Assembly: GCA_040954595.2 (NCBI GenBank)
Contig: CM082598.2
Span: forward strand, 9,129,097-9,193,096
Direction: 5' to 3'
From: Balanoglossus misakiensis
Taxonomy: Eukaryota; Animalia; Hemichordata
DNA length: 64,000 nt
The notes under the pieces were generated by a model. It saw nothing but the letters and a program-made list of their open reading frames with translations, was not told where the DNA came from and searched no databases. Made by a program: the position numbers and the translations under genes. Shown in pieces: positions 48,801 to 63,800 of the stretch (within the stretch, counting starts at the first letter, position 1; each line of letters starts with the position of its first letter).

Positions 48801-51800
48801 GATGGCAGAGAGTTTGTTGCCCCCATTCTTGGGAGGGGAGAAATGATGGCTGAGAATTTTTTGCCGCCATTCTTGGGAGGGGAAAATAACGGCGGAGAGT
48901 TTGTTGCCGCCATTCTTGGGAGGGGAGAAATGATGGCAGAGAATTTATTGCCGCCATCCTTGGGAGGGGAGAAATAACGGCTGAGAGTTTGTTGCCGCCA
49001 TTCTTTGTAGTGGAGAAACGATGGCTGAGAATTTGTTGCCGCCATTCTTGGGAGGGGAGAAATGATGGCTGAGAATTTGTTGCCGCCATTCTTGGGAGGG
49101 GATAAATGATGGCAGAGAGTTTGTTGCCGCCATTCTTTGTAGTGGAGAAACGATGGCAGAGAGTTTGTTGCCGCCATTCTTGGGAGGGGAGAAAGGATGG
49201 CAGAGAATTTATTGCCGCCATCCTTGGGAGCGGAGAAATAACGGCTGAGAGTTTGTTGCCGCCATTCTTTGTAGTGGAGAAACGATGGCAGAGAGTTTGT
49301 TGCCGCCATTCTTTGTAGTGGAGAAACGATGGCAGAGAGTTTGTTGCCGCCATCCTTGGGAGGGGAGAAATAACGGTTGAGAGTTTGTTGCCGCCATTCT
49401 TTGTAGTGGAGAAACGATGGCAGAGAGTTTGTTGCCGCCATTCTTGGGAGGGGAGAAATGATGGCTGAGAATTTGTTGCCGCCATTCTTGGGAGGGGAGA
49501 AATGATGGCAGACAAATTGTTGCCGCCATTCTTGGGAGGGGAGAAATAACGGCTGAGAGTTTGTTGCCGCCATTATTGGGAGGGGAGAAATGATCGCAGA
49601 GAATTTGTTGCCGCCATTCTTGGGAGGGGAGAAATGATGGCTGAGAATTTGTTGCCGCAATTCTTTGGAGGGGAGAAATGATTGCAGAGAATTTATTGCC
49701 GCCTTCCTTGGGAGGGGAGAAATAACGGCTGAGAGTTTGTTGCCGCCATTCTTTGTAGTGGAGAAACGATGGCAGAGAGTTTGTTGCCGCCATTCTTGGG
49801 AGGGGAGAAATGATGGCTGAGAATTTGTTGCCGCCATTCTTTGTAGTGGAGAAACGATGGCAGAGAGTTTGTTGCCCCCATTCTTGGGAGGGGAGAAATG
49901 ATGGCTGAGAATTTTTTGCCGCCATTCTTGGGAGGGGAAAATAACGGCGGAGAGTTTGTTGCCGCCATTCTTGGGAGGGGAGAAATGATGGCAGAGAATT
50001 TATTGCCGCCATCCTTGGGAGGGGAGAAATAACGGCTGAGAGTTTGTTGCCGCCATTCTTTGTAGTGGAGAAACGATGGCTGAGAATTTGTTGCCGCCAT
50101 TCTTGGGAGGGGAGAAATGATGGCTGAGAATTTGTTGCCGCCATTCTTGGGAGGGGATAAATGATGGCAGAGAGTTTGTTGCCGCCATTCTTTGTAGTGG
50201 AGAAACGATGGCAGAGAGTTTGTTGCCGCCATTCTTGGGAGGGGAGAAATGATGGCTGAGAATTTTTTGCCGCCATTCTTGGGAGGGGAGAAATAACGGC
50301 GGAGAGTTTGTTGCCGCCATTCTTGGGAGGTGAGAAATGATGGCAGAGAATTTATTGCCGCCATCCTTGGGAGGGGAGAAATAACGGCTGAGAGTTTGTT
50401 GCCGCCATTCTTTGTAGTGGAGAAACGATGGCAGAGAGTTTGTTGCCGCCATTCTTGGGAGGGGAGAAATGATGGCTGAGAATTTGTTGCCGCCATTCTT
50501 GGGAGGGGAGAAATGATGGCTGAGAATTTGTTGCCGCCATTCTTGGGAGGGGAGAAATAACGGCTGAGAGTATGTTGCCGCCATTACTGGGAGGGGAGAA
50601 ATGATGGCAGAGAATTTGTTGCCGCCATTCTTGGGAGGGGAGAAATGATGGCTGAGAATTTGTTGCCGCCATTCTTTGGAGGGGAGAAATGATGGCAGAG
50701 AATTTATTGCCGCCTTCCTTGGGAGGGGAGAAATAACGGCTGAGAGTTTGTTGCCGCCATTCTTGGGCGGGGAGAAATGATGGCAGAGAATTTGTTGCCG
50801 CCATTCTTGGGAGGGGAGAAATGATGGCTGAGAATTTGTTGCCGCCATTCTTGGGAGGGGATAAATGATGGCAGAGAGTTTGTTGCCGCCATTCTTTGTA
50901 GTGGAGAAAAGATGGCAGAGAGTTTGTTGCCGCCATTCTTGGGAGGGGAGAAATGATGGCTGAGAATTTTTTGCCGCCATTCTTGGGAGGGGAGAAATAA
51001 CGGCGGAGAGTTTGTTGCCGCCATTCTTGGGAGGGGAGAAATAACGGCTGAGAGTTTGTTGCCGCCATTATTGGGAGGGGAGAAATGATCGCAGAGAATT
51101 TGTTGCCGCCATTCTTTGGAGGGGAGAAATGATTGCAGAGAATTTATTGCCGCCTTCCTTGGGAGGGGAGAAATAACGGCGGAGAGTTTGTTGCCGACAT
51201 TCTTGGGAGAGGAGAAATGATGGCAGAGAATATATTGCCGCCATCCTTGGGAGGGGAGAAATAACGGCTGAGAGTTTGTTGCCGCCATTCTTTGTAGTGG
51301 AGAAACGATGGCAGAGAGTTTGTTGCCGCCATTCTTGGGAGGGGAGAAATGATGGCTGAGAATTTGTTGCCGCCATTCTTTGTAGTAGAGAAACGATGGC
51401 AGAGAGTTTGTTGCCGCCATTCTTGGGAGGGGAGAAATGATGGCTGAGAATTTTTTGCCGCCATTCTTGGGAGGGGAAAATAACGGCGGAGAGTTTGTTG
51501 CCGCCATTCTTGGGAGGGGAGAAATGATGGCAGAGAATTTATTGCCGCCATCCTTGGGAGGGGAGAAATAACGGCTGAGAGTTTGTTGCCGCCATTCTTT
51601 GTAGTGGAGAAACGATGGCTGAGAATTTGTTGCCGCCATTCTTGGGAGGGGAGAAATGATGGCTGAGAATTTGTTGCCGCCATTCTTGGGAGGGGATAAA
51701 TGATGGCAGAGAGTTTGTTGCCGCCATTCTTTGTAGTGGAGAAACGATGGCAGAGAGTTTGTTGCCGCCATTCTTGGGAGGGGAGAAATGATGGCTGAGA

Positions 51801-54800
51801 ATTTTTTGCCGCCATTCTTGGGAGGGGAGAAATAACGGCGGAGAGTTTGTTGCCGCCATTCTTGGGAGGGGAGAAATGATGGCAGAGAATTTATTGCCGC
51901 CATCCTTGGGAGGGGAGAAATAACGGCTGAGAGTTTGTTGCCGCCATTCTTTGTAGTGGAGAAACGATGGCAGAGAGTTTGTTGCCGCCATTCTTGGGAG
52001 GGGAGAAATGATGGCTGAGAATTTGTTGCCGCCATTCTTGGGAGGGGGGAAATGATGGCTGAGAATTTGTTGCCGCCATTCTTGGGAGGGGAGAAATAAC
52101 GGCTGAGAGTATGTTGCCGCCATTACTGGGAGGGGAGAAATGATGGCAGAGAATTTGATGCCGCCATAATTGGGAGGGGAGAAATGATGGCTGAGAATGT
52201 GTTGCCGCCATTCTTTGGAGGGGAGAAATGATGGCAGAGAATTTATTGCCGCCTTCCTTGGGAGGGGAGAAATAACGGCTGAGAGTTTGTTGCCGCCATT
52301 CTTGGGCGGGGAGAAATGATGGCAGAGAATTTGTTGCCGCCATTCTTGGGAGGGGAGAAATGATGGCTGAGAATTTGTTGCCGCCATTCTTGGGAGGGGA
52401 TAAATGATGGCAGAGAGTTTGTTGCCGCCATTCTTTGTAGTGGAGAAAAGATGGCAGAGAGTTTGTTGCCGCCATTCTTGGGAGGGGAGAAATGATGGCT
52501 GAGAATTTTTTGCCGCCATTCTTGGGAGGGGATAAATAACGGCGGAGAGTTTGTTGCCGCCATTCTTGGGAGGGGAGAAATAACGGCTGAGAGTTTGTTG
52601 CCGCCATTATTGGGAGGGGAGAAATGATCGCAGAGAATTTGTTTCCGCCATTCTTTGGAGGGGAGAAATGATGGCAGAGAATATATTGCCGCCATCCTTG
52701 GGAGGGGAGAAATAACGGCTGAGTGTTTGTTGCCGCCATTCTTGGGAGGGGAGAAATGATGGCTGAGAATTTGTTGCCGCCATTCTTGGGAGGGGAGAAA
52801 TGATGGCTGAGAATTTGTTGCCGCCATTCTTGGGAGGGGAGAAATAACGGCTGAGAGTTTGTTGCCGCCATTATTGGGAGGGGAGAAATGATGGCAGAGA
52901 ATTTGTTGCCGCCATTCTTGGGAGGGAAGAAATGATGGCTGAGAATTTGTTGCCGCCATTCTTTGGAGGGGAGAAATGATGGCAGAGAATTTATTGCCGC
53001 CTTCCTTGGGAGGGGAGAAATGATGGCTGAGAATATATTGCCGCCATCCTTGGGAGGGGAGAAATAACGGCTGAGAGTTTGTTGCCGCCATTCTTTGTAG
53101 TGGAGTAACGATGGCAGAGAGTTTGTTGCCGCCATTCTTGGGAGGGGAGAAATGATGGCTGAGAATTTGTTGCCGCCATTCTTTGTAGTGGAGAAACGAT
53201 GGCAGAGAGTTTGTTGCCGCCATTCTTGGGAGGGGAGAAATGATGGCTGAGAATTTTTTGCCGCCATTCTTGGGAGGGGAAAATAACGGCGGAGAGTTTG
53301 TTGCCGCCATTCTTGGGAGGGGAGAAATGATGGCAGAGAATTTATTGCCGCCATCCTTGGGAGGGGAGAAATAACGGCTGAGAGTTTGTTGCCGCCATTC
53401 TTTGTAGTGGAGAAACGATGGCTGAGAATTTGTTGCCGCCATTCTTGGGAGGGGAGAAATGATGGCTGAGAATTTGTTGCCGCCATTCTTGGGAGGGGAT
53501 AAATGATGGCAGAGAGTTTGTTGCCGCCATTCTTTGTAGTGGAGAAACGATGGCAGAGAGTTTGTTGCCGCCATTCTTGGGAGGGGAGAAATGATGGCTG
53601 AGAATTTTTTGCCGCCATTCTTGGGAGGGGAGAAATAACGGCGGAGAGTTTGTTGCCGCCATTCTTGGGAGGGGAGAAATGATGGCAGAGAATTTATTGC
53701 CGCCATCCTTGGGAGGGGAGAAATAACGGCTGAGAGTTTGTTGCCGCCATTCTTTGTAGTGGAGAAACGATGGCAGAGAGTTTGTTGCCGCCATTCTTGG
53801 GAGGGGAGAAATGATGGCTGAGAATTTGTTGCCGCCATTCTTGGGAGGGGGGAAATGATGGCTGAGAATTTGTTGCCGCCATTCTTGGGAGGGGAGAAAT
53901 AACGGCTGAGAGTATGTTGCCGCCATTACTGGGAGGGGAGAAATGATGGCAGAGAATTTGATGCCGCCATAATTGGGAGGGGAGAAATGATGGCTGAGAA
54001 TGTGTTGCCGCCATTCTTTGGAGGGGAGAAATGATGGCAGAGAATTTATTGCCGCCTTCCTTGGGAGGGGAGAAATAACGGCTGAGAGTTTGTTGCCGCC
54101 ATTCTTGGGCGGGGAGAAATGATGGCAGAGAATTTGTTGCCGCCATTCTTGGGAGGGGATAAATGATGGCAGAGAGTTTGTTGCCGCCATTCTTTGTAGT
54201 GGAGAAAAGATGGCAGAGAGTTTGTTGCCGCCATTCTTGGGAGGGGAGAAATGATGGCTGAGAATTTTTTGCCGCCATTCTTGGGAGGGGATAAATAACG
54301 GCGGAGAGTTTGTTGCCGCCATTCTTGGGAGGGGAGAAATAACGGCTGAGAGTTTGTTGCCGCCATTATTGGGAGGGGAGAAATGATCGCAGAGAATTTG
54401 TTTCCGCCATTCTTTGGAGGGGAGAAATGATGGCAGAGAATATATTGCCGCCATCCTTGGGAGGGGAGAAATAACGGCTGAGTGTTTGTTGCCGCCATTC
54501 TTGGGAGGGGAGAAATGATGGCTGAGAATTTGTTGCCGCCATTCTTGGGAGGGGAGAAATGATGGCTGAGAATTTGTTGCCGCCATTCTTGGGAGGGGAG
54601 AAATAACGGCTGAGAGTTTGTTGCCGCCATTATTGGGAGGGGAGAAATGATGGCAGAGAATTTGTTGCCGCCATTCTTGGGAGGGAAGAAATGATGGCTG
54701 AGAATTTGTTGCCGCCATTCTTTGGAGGGGAGAAATGATGGCAGAGAATTTATTGCCGCCTTCCTTGGGAGGGGAGAAATGATGGCTGAGAATATATTGC

Positions 54801-57800
54801 CGCCATCCTTGGGAGGGGAGAAATAACGGCTGAGAGTTTGTTGCCGCCATTCTTTGTAGTGGAGTAACGATGGCAGAGAGTTTGTTGCCGCCATTCTTGG
54901 GAGGGGAGAAATGATGGCTGAGAATTTGTTGCCGCCATTCTTTGTAGTGGAGAAACGATGGCAGAGAGTTTGTTGCCGCCATTCTTGGGAGGGGAGAAAT
55001 GATGGCTGAGAATTTTTTGCCGCCATTCTTGGGAGGGGAAAAATAACGGCGGAGAGTTTGTTGCCGCCATTCTTGGGAGGGGAGAAATGATGGCAGAGAA
55101 TTTATTGCCGCCATCCTTGGGAGCGGAGAAATAACGGCTGAGAGTTTGCTGCCGCCATTCTTTGTAGTGGAGAAACGATGGCAGAGAGTTTGTTGCCGCC
55201 ATTCTTTGTAGTGGAGAAACGATGGCAGAGAGTTTGTTGCCGCCATTCTTGGGAGGGGAGAAATGATGGCTGAGAATTTTTTGCCGCCATTCTTGGGAGG
55301 GGAGAAATAACGGCGGAGAGTTTGTTGCCGCCATTCTTGGGAGGGGAGAAATGATGGCAGAGAATTTATTGCCGTCATCCTTGGGAGGGGAGAAATAACG
55401 GCTGAGAGTTTGTTGCCGCCATTCTTTGTAGTGGAGAAACGATGGCAGAGAGTTTGTTGCCGCCATTCTTGGGAGGGGAGAAATGATGGCTGAGAATTTG
55501 TTGCCGCCATTCTTTGGAGGGGAGAAATGATGGCTGAGAATTTGTTGCCGCCATTCTTGGGAGGGGAGAAATAACGGCTGAGAGTTTGTTGCCGCCATTA
55601 TTGGGAGGGGAGAAATGATCGCAGAGAATTTGTTGCCGCCATTCTTGGGAGGGGAGAAATGATGGCTGAGAATTTGTTGCCGCCATTCTTTGGAGGGGAG
55701 AAATAACGGCTGAGAGTTTGTTGCCGCCATTCTTGGGCGGGGAGAAATGATGGCAGAGAATTTGTTGCCGCCATTCTTGGGAGGGGAGAAATGATGGCTG
55801 AGAATTTGTTGCCGCCATTCTTGGGAGGGGATAAATGATGGCAGAGAGTTTGTTGCCGCCATTCTTTGTAGTGGAGAAAAGATGGCAGAGAGTTTGTTGC
55901 CGCCATTCTTGGGAGGGGAGAAATGATGGCTGAGAATTTTTTGCCGCCATTCTTGGGAGGGGAGAAATAACGGCGGAGAGTTTGTTGCCGCCATTCTTGG
56001 GAGGGGAGAAATAACGGCTGAGAGTTTGTTGCCGCCATTATTGGGAGGGGAGAAATGATCGCAGAGAATTTGTTGCCGCCATTCTTGGGAGGGGAGAAAT
56101 GATGGCTGAGAATTTGTTGCCGCCATTCTTTGGAGGGGAGAAATGATTGCAGAGAATTTATTGCCGCCTTCCTTGGGAGGGGAGAAATAACGGCGGAGAG
56201 TTTGTTGCCGACATTCTTGGGAGAGGAGAAATGATGGCAGAGAATATATTACCGCCATCCTTGGGAGGGGAGAAATAACGGCTGAGAGTTTGTTGCCGCC
56301 ATTCTTTGTAGTGGAGAAACGATGGCAGAGAGTTTGTTGCCGCCATTCTTGGGAGGGGAGAAATGATGGCTGAGAATTTGTTGCCGCCATTCTTTGTAGT
56401 GGAGAAACGATGGCAGAGAGTTTGTTGCCGCCATTCTTGGGAGGGGAGAAATGATGGCTGAGAATTTGTTGCCGCCATTCTTGGGAGGGGAGAAATGATG
56501 GCTGAGAATTTGTTGCCGCCATTCTTGGGAGGGGAGAAATAACGGCTGAGAGTTTGTTGCCGCCATTATTGGGAGGGGAGAAATGATCGCAGAGAATTTG
56601 TTGCCGCCATTCTTGGGAGGGGAGAAATGATGGCTGAGAATTTGTTGCCGCCATTCTTTGGAGGGGAGAAATGATTGCAGAGAATTTATTGCCGCCTTCC
56701 TTGGGAGGGGAGAAATAACGGCGGAGAGTTTGTTGCCGACATTCTTGGGAGAGGAGAAATGATGGCAGAGAATATATTGCCGCCATCCTTGGGAGGGGAG
56801 AAATAACGGCTGAGAGTTTGTTGCCGCCATTCTTTGTAGTGGAGAAACGATGGCAGAGAGTTTGTTGCCGCCATTCTTGGGAGGGGAGAAATGATGGCTG
56901 AGAATTTGTTGCCGCCAATCTTTGTAGTGGAGAAACCATGGCAGAGAGTTTGTTGCCGCCATTCTTGGGAGGGGAGAAATGATGGCTGAGAATTTTTTGC
57001 CGCCATTCTTGGGAGGGGAAAATAACGGCGGAGAGTTTGTTGCCGCCATTCTTGGGAGGGGAGAAATGATGGCAGAGAATTTATTGCCGCCATCCTTGGG
57101 AGGGGAGAAATAACGGCTGAGAGTTTGTTGCCGCCATTCTTTGTAGTGGAGAAACGATGGCTGAGAATTTGTTGCCGCCATTCTTGGGAGGGGAGAAATG
57201 ATGGCTGAGAATTTGTTGCCGCCATTCTTGGGAGGGGATAAATGATGGCAGAGAGTTTGTTGCCGCCATTCTTTGTAGTGGAGAAACGATGGCAGAGAGT
57301 TTGTTGCCGCCATTATTGGGAGGGGAGAAATGATCGCAGAGAATTTGTTGCCGCCATTCTTGGGAGGGGAGAAATGATGGCTGAGAATTTGTTGCCGCCA
57401 TTCTTTGGAGGGGAGAAATGATTGCAGAGAATTTATTGCCGCCTTCCTTGGGAGGGGAGAAATAACGGCGGAGAGTTTGTTGCCGACATTCTTGGGAGAG
57501 GAGAAATGATGGCAGAGAATATATTGCCGCCATCCTTGGGAGGGGAGAAATAACGGCTGAGAGTTTGTTGCCGCCATTCTTTGTAGTGGAGAAACGATGG
57601 CAGAGAGTTTGTTGCCGCCATTCTTGGGAGGGGAGAAATGATGGCTGAGAATTTGTTGCCGCCAATCTTTGTAGTGGAGAAACCATGGCAGAGAGTTTGT
57701 TGCCGCCATTCTTGGGAGGGGAGAAATGATGGCTGAGAATTTTTTGCCGCCATTCTTGGGAGGGGAAAATAACGGCGGAGAGTTTGTTGCCGCCATTCTT

Positions 57801-60800
57801 GGGAGGGGAGAAATGATGGCAGAGAATTTATTGCCGCCATCCTTGGGAGGGGAGAAATAACGGCTGAGAGTTTGTTGCCGCCATTCTTTGTAGTGGAGAA
57901 ACGATGGCTGAGAATTTGTTGCCGCCATTCTTGGGAGGGGAGAAATGATGGCTGAGAATTTGTTGCCGCCATTCTTGGGAGGGGATAAATGATGGCAGAG
58001 AGTTTGTTGCCGCCATTCTTTGTAGTGGAGAAACGATGGCAGAGAGTTTGTTGCCGCCATTCTTGGGAGGGGAGAAATGATGGCTGAGAATTTTTTGCCG
58101 CCATTCTTGGGAGGGGAGAAATAACGGCGGAGAGTTTGTTGCCGCCATTCTTGGGAGGGGAGAAATGATGGCAGAGAATTTATTGCCGCCATCCTTGGGA
58201 GGGGAGAAATAACGGCTGAGAGTTTGTTGCCGCCATTCTTTGTAGTGGAGAAACGATGGCAGAGAGTTTGTTGCCGCCATTCTTGGGAGGGGAGAAATGA
58301 TGGCTGAGAATTTGTTGCCGCCATTCTTTGTAGTGGAGAAACGATGGCAGAGAGTTTGTTGCCGCCATTCTTGGGAGGGGAGAAATGATGGCAGAGAATT
58401 TATTGCCGCCATCCTTGGGAGGGGAGAAATAACGGCTGAGAGTTTGTTGCCGCCATTCTTTGTAGTGGAGAAACGATGGCAGAGAGTTTGTTGCCGCAAT
58501 TCTTGGGAGGGGAGAAATGATGGCTGAGAATTTGTTGCCGCCATTCTTGGGAGGGGAGAAATGATGGCTGAGAATTTGTTGCCGCCATTCTTGGGAGGGG
58601 AGAAATAACGGCTGAGAGTATGTTGCCGCCATTACTGGGAGGGGAGAAATGATGGCAGAGAATTTGTTGCCGCCATTCTTGGGAGGGGAGAAATGATGGC
58701 TGAGAATTTGTTGCCGCCATTCTTTGGAGGGGAGAAATGATGGCAGAGAATTTATTGCCGCCTTCCTTGGGAGGGGAGAAATAACGGCTGAGAGTTTGTT
58801 GCCGCCATTCTTGGGCGGGGAGAAATGATGGCAGAGAATTTGTTGCCGCCATTCTTGGGAGGGGAGAAATGATGGCTGAGAATTTGTTGCCGCCATTCTT
58901 GGGAGGGGATAAATGATGGCAGAGAGTTTGTTGCCGCCATTCTTTGTAGTGGAGAAAAGATGGCAGAGAGTTTGTTGCCGCCATTCTTGGGAGGGGAGAA
59001 ATGATGGCTGAGAATTTTTTGCCGCCATTCTTGGGAGGGGAGAAATAACGGCGGAGAGTTTGTTGCCGCCATTCTTGGGAGGGGAGAAATAACGGCTGAG
59101 AGTTTGTTGCCGCCATTATTGGGAGGGGAGAAATGATCGCAGAGAATTTGTTGCCGCCATTCTTGGGAGGGGAGAAATGATGGCTGAGAATTTGTTGCCG
59201 CCATTCTTTGGAGGGGAGAAATGATTGCAGAGAATTTATTGCCGCCTTCCTTGGGAGGGGAGAAATAACGGCGGAGAGTTTGTTGCCGACATTCTTGGGA
59301 GAGGAGAAATGATGGCAGAGAATATATTACCGCCATCCTTGGGAGGGGAGAAATAACGGCTGAGAGTTTGTTGCCGCCATTCTTTGTAGTGGAGAAACGA
59401 TGGCAGAGAGTTTGTTGCCGCCATTCTTGGGAGGGGAGAAATGATGGCTGAGAATTTGTTGCCGCCATTCTTTGTAGTGGAGAAACGATGGCAGAGAGTT
59501 TGTTGCCGCCATTCTTGGGAGGGGAGAAATGATGGCTGAGAATTTTTTGCCGCCATTCTTGGGAGGGGAAAATAACGGCAGAGAGTTTGTTGCCGCCATT
59601 CTTGGGAGGGGAGAAATGATGGCAGAGAATTTATTGCCGCCATCCTTGGGAGGGGAGAAATAACGGCTGAGAGTTTGTTGCCGCCATTCTTTGTAGTGGA
59701 GAAACGATGGCAGAGAGTTTGTTGCCGCCATTCTTGGGAGGGGAGAAATGATGGCTGAGAATTTGTTGCCGCCATTCTTGGGAGGGGAGAAATGATGGCT
59801 GAGAATTTGTTGCCGCCATTCTTTGGAGGGGAGAAATGATGGCAGAGAATTTGTTGCCGCCATTCTTGGGAGGGGAAAATAACGGCTGAGAGTATGTTGC
59901 CGCCATTACTGGGAGGGGAGAAATGATGGCAGAGAATTTGTTGCCGCCATTCTTGGGAGGGGAGAAATGATGGCTGAGAATTTGTTGCCGCCATTCTTTG
60001 GAGGGGAGAAATGATGGCAGAGAATTTATTGCCGCCTTCCGTGGGAGGGGAGAAATAACGGCTGAGAGTTTGTTGCCGCCATTCTTGGGCGGGGAGAAAT
60101 GATGGCAGAGAATTTGTTGCCGCCATTCTTGGGAGGGGAGAAATGATGGCTGAGAATTTGTTGCCGCCATTCTTGGGAGGGGATAAATGATGGCAGAGAG
60201 TTTGTTGCCGCCATTCTTTGTAGTGGAAAAACGATGGCAGAGAGTTTGTTGCCGCCATTCTTGGGAGGGGAGAAATGATGGCTGAGAATTTTTTGCCGCC
60301 ATTCTTGGGAGGGGAGAAATAACGGCGGAGAGTTTGTTGCCGCCATTCTTGGGAGGGGAGAAATGATGGCAGAGAATTTATTGCCGCCATCCTTGGGAGG
60401 GGAGAAATAACGGCTGAGAGTTTGTTGCCGCCATTCTTTGTAGTGGAGAAACGATGGCAGAGAGTTTGTTGCCGCCATTCTTGGGAGGGGAGAAATGATG
60501 GCTGAGAATTTGTTGCCGCCATTCTTTGTAGTGGAGAAACGATGGCAGAGAGTTTGTTGCCGCCATTCTTGGGAGGGGAGAAATGATGGCTGAGAATTTT
60601 TTGCCGCCATTCTTGGGAGGGGAAAATAACGGCAGAGAGTTTGTTGCCGCCATTCTTGGGAGGGGAGAAATGATGGCAGAGAATTTATTGCCGCCATCCT
60701 TGGGAGGGGAGAAATAACGGCTGAGAGTTTGTTGCCGCCATTCTTTGTAGTGGAGAAACGATGGCAGAGAGTTTGTTGCCGCCATTCTTGGGAGGGGAGA

Positions 60801-63800
60801 AATGATGGCTGAGAATTTGTTGCCGCCATTCTTGGGAGGGGAGAAATGATGGCTGAGAATTTGTTGCCGCCATTCTTGGGAGGGGAGAAATAACGGCTGA
60901 GAGTATGTTGCCGCCATTACTGGGAGGGGAGAAATGATGGCAGAGAATTTGTTGCCGCCATTCTTGGGAGGGGAGAAATGATGGCTGAGAATTTGTTGCC
61001 GCCATTCTTTGGAGGGGAGAAATGATGGCAGAGAATTTATTGCCGCCTTCCGTGGGAGGGGAGAAATAACGGCTGAGAGTTTGTTGCCGCCATTCTTGGG
61101 CGGGGAGAAATGATGGCAGAGAATTTGTTGCCGCCATTCTTGGGAGGGGAGAAATGATGGCTGAGAATTTGTTGCCGCCATTCTTGGGAGGGGATAAATG
61201 ATGGCAGAGAGTTTGTTGCCGCCATTCTTTGTAGTGGAAAAACGATGGCAGAGAGTTTGTTGCCGCCATTCTTGGGAGGGGAGAAATGATGGCTGAGAAT
61301 TTTTTGCCGCCATTCTTGGGAGGGGAGAAATAACGGCGGAGAGTTTGTTGCCGCCATTCTTGGGAGGGGAGAAATGATGGCAGAGAATTTATTGCCGCCA
61401 TCCTTGGGAGGGGAGAAATAACGGCTGAGAGTTTGTTGCCGCCATTCTTTGTAGTGGAGAAACGATGGCAGAGAGTTTGTTGCCGCCATTCTTGGGAAGG
61501 GAGAAATGATGGCTGAGAATTTGTTGCCGCCATTCTTGGGAGGGGAGAAATGATGGCTGAGAATTTGTTGCCGCCATTCTTGGGAGGGGAGAAATAACGG
61601 CTGAGAGTTTGTTGCCGCCATTATTGGGAGGGGAGAAATGATGGCAGAGAATTTGTTGCCGCCATTCTTGGGAGGGGAGAAATGATGGCTGAGAATTTGT
61701 TGCCGCCATTCTTTGGAGGGGAGAAATGATGGCAGGGAATTTATTGCCGCCTTCCTTGGGAGGGGAGAAATAACGGCTGAGAGTTTGTTGCCGCCATTCT
61801 TGGTCGGGGAGAAATGATGGCAGAGAATTTGTTGCCGCCATTCTTGGGAGGGGAGAAATGATGGCTGATAATTTGTTGCCGCCATTATTTGGAGGGGAGA
61901 AATGATGGCAGAGAATTTATTGCCGCCATCCTTGGGAGGGGAGAAATAACGGCTGAGTGTTTGTTGCCGCCATTCTTGGGCGGGGAGAAATGATGGCAGA
62001 GAATTTGTTGCCGCCATTCTTGGGAGGGGAGAAATGATGCCAGAGAATTTGTTGCCGCCATTCTTGGGAGGGGAGAAATGATGGCTGATAATTTGTTGCC
62101 GCCATTCTTGGGCGGGGACAAATGATGGCAGAGAATTTGTTTCCGCCATTCTTTGGAGGGGAGAAATGATGGCAGAGAATTTATTGCCGCCATCCTTGGG
62201 AGGGGAGAAATAACGGCTGAGTGTTTGTTGCCGCCATTCTTGGGCGGGGAGAAATGATGGCAGAGAATTTGTTGCCGCCATTCTTGGGAGGGGAGAAATG
62301 ATGTCAGAGAATTTGTTGCCGCCATTCTTGGGAGGGGATAAATGATGGCTGATAATTTGTTGCCGCCATTCTTGGGCGGGGACAAATGATGGCAGAGAAT
62401 TTGTTTCCGCCATTCTTTGGAGGGGAGAAATGATGGCAGAGAATTTGTTGCCGCCATTCTTTGGAAGGGAGAAATGATGGCAGAGAATTTGTTGCCGCCA
62501 TTCTTGGGAGGGGAGAAATGATAGCTGATAATTTGTTGCCGCCATTCTTGGGCGGGGACAAATGATGGCAGAGAATTTGTTGCCGCCATTCTTGGGAGGG
62601 GAGAAATAACGGCTGAGAGTATGTTGCCGCCATTACTGGGAGGGGAGAAATGATGGCAGAGAATTTGTTGCCGCCATTCTTGGGAGGGGAGAAATGATGG
62701 CTGAGAATTTGTTGCCGCCATTCTTTGGAAGGGAGAAATGATGGCAGAGAATTTATTGCCGCCTTCCTTGGTAGGGGAGAAATAACCTCTGAGAGTTTGT
62801 TGCCGCCATTCTTGGGCGGGGAGAAATGATGGCAGAGAATTTGTTGCCGCCATTCTTGGGAGGGGAGAAATGATGGCTGAGAATTTGTTGCCGCCATTAT
62901 TTGGAGGGGAGAAATGATGGCAGAGAATTTATTGCCGCCATCCTTGGGAGGGGAGAAATAACGGCTGAGTGTTTGTTGCCGCCATTCTTGGGCGGGGAGA
63001 AATGATGGCAGAGAATTTGTTGCCGCCATTCTTGGGAGGGGAGAAATGATGTCAGAGAATTTGTTGCCGCCATTCTTGGGAGGGAGGGGAGAAATGATGG
63101 CTGATAATTTGTTGCCGCCATTCTTGGGCGGGGACAAATGATGGCAGAGAATTTGTTTCCGCCATTCTTTGGAGGGGAGAAAAGATGGCAGAGAATTTAT
63201 TGCCGCCATCCTTGGGAGGGGAGAAATAACGGCTGAGTGTTTGTTGCCGCCATTCTTGGGCGGGGAGAAATGATGGCAGAGAATTTGTTGCCGCCATTCT
63301 TGGGAGGGGAGAAATGATGTCAGAGAATTTGTTGCCGCCATTCTTGGGAGGGGAGAAATGATGGCTGATAATTTGTTGCCGCCATTCTTGGTCGGGGACA
63401 AATGATGGCAGAGAATTTGTTTCCGCCATTCTTTGGAGGGGAGAAATGATGGCAGAGAATTTATTGCCGCCATCCTTGGGAGGGGAGAAATAACGGCTGA
63501 GTGTTTGTTGCCGCCATTCTTGGGCGGGGAGAAATGATGGCAGAGAATTTGTTGCCGCCATCCTTGGGAGTGGAGAAATAACGGCTGAGTGTTTGTTGCC
63601 GCCATTCTTGGGAGGGGAGAAATGATGGCTGAGAATTTGTTGCCGCCATTCTTGGAGGGGAGAAATGATGGCTGAGAATTTGTTGCCGCCATTCTTGGGA
63701 GGGGAGAAATAACGGCTGAGAGTTTGTTGCCGCCATTATTGGGAGGGGAGAAATGATGGCAGAGAATTTGTTGCCGCCATTCTTGGGAGGGGAGAAATGA

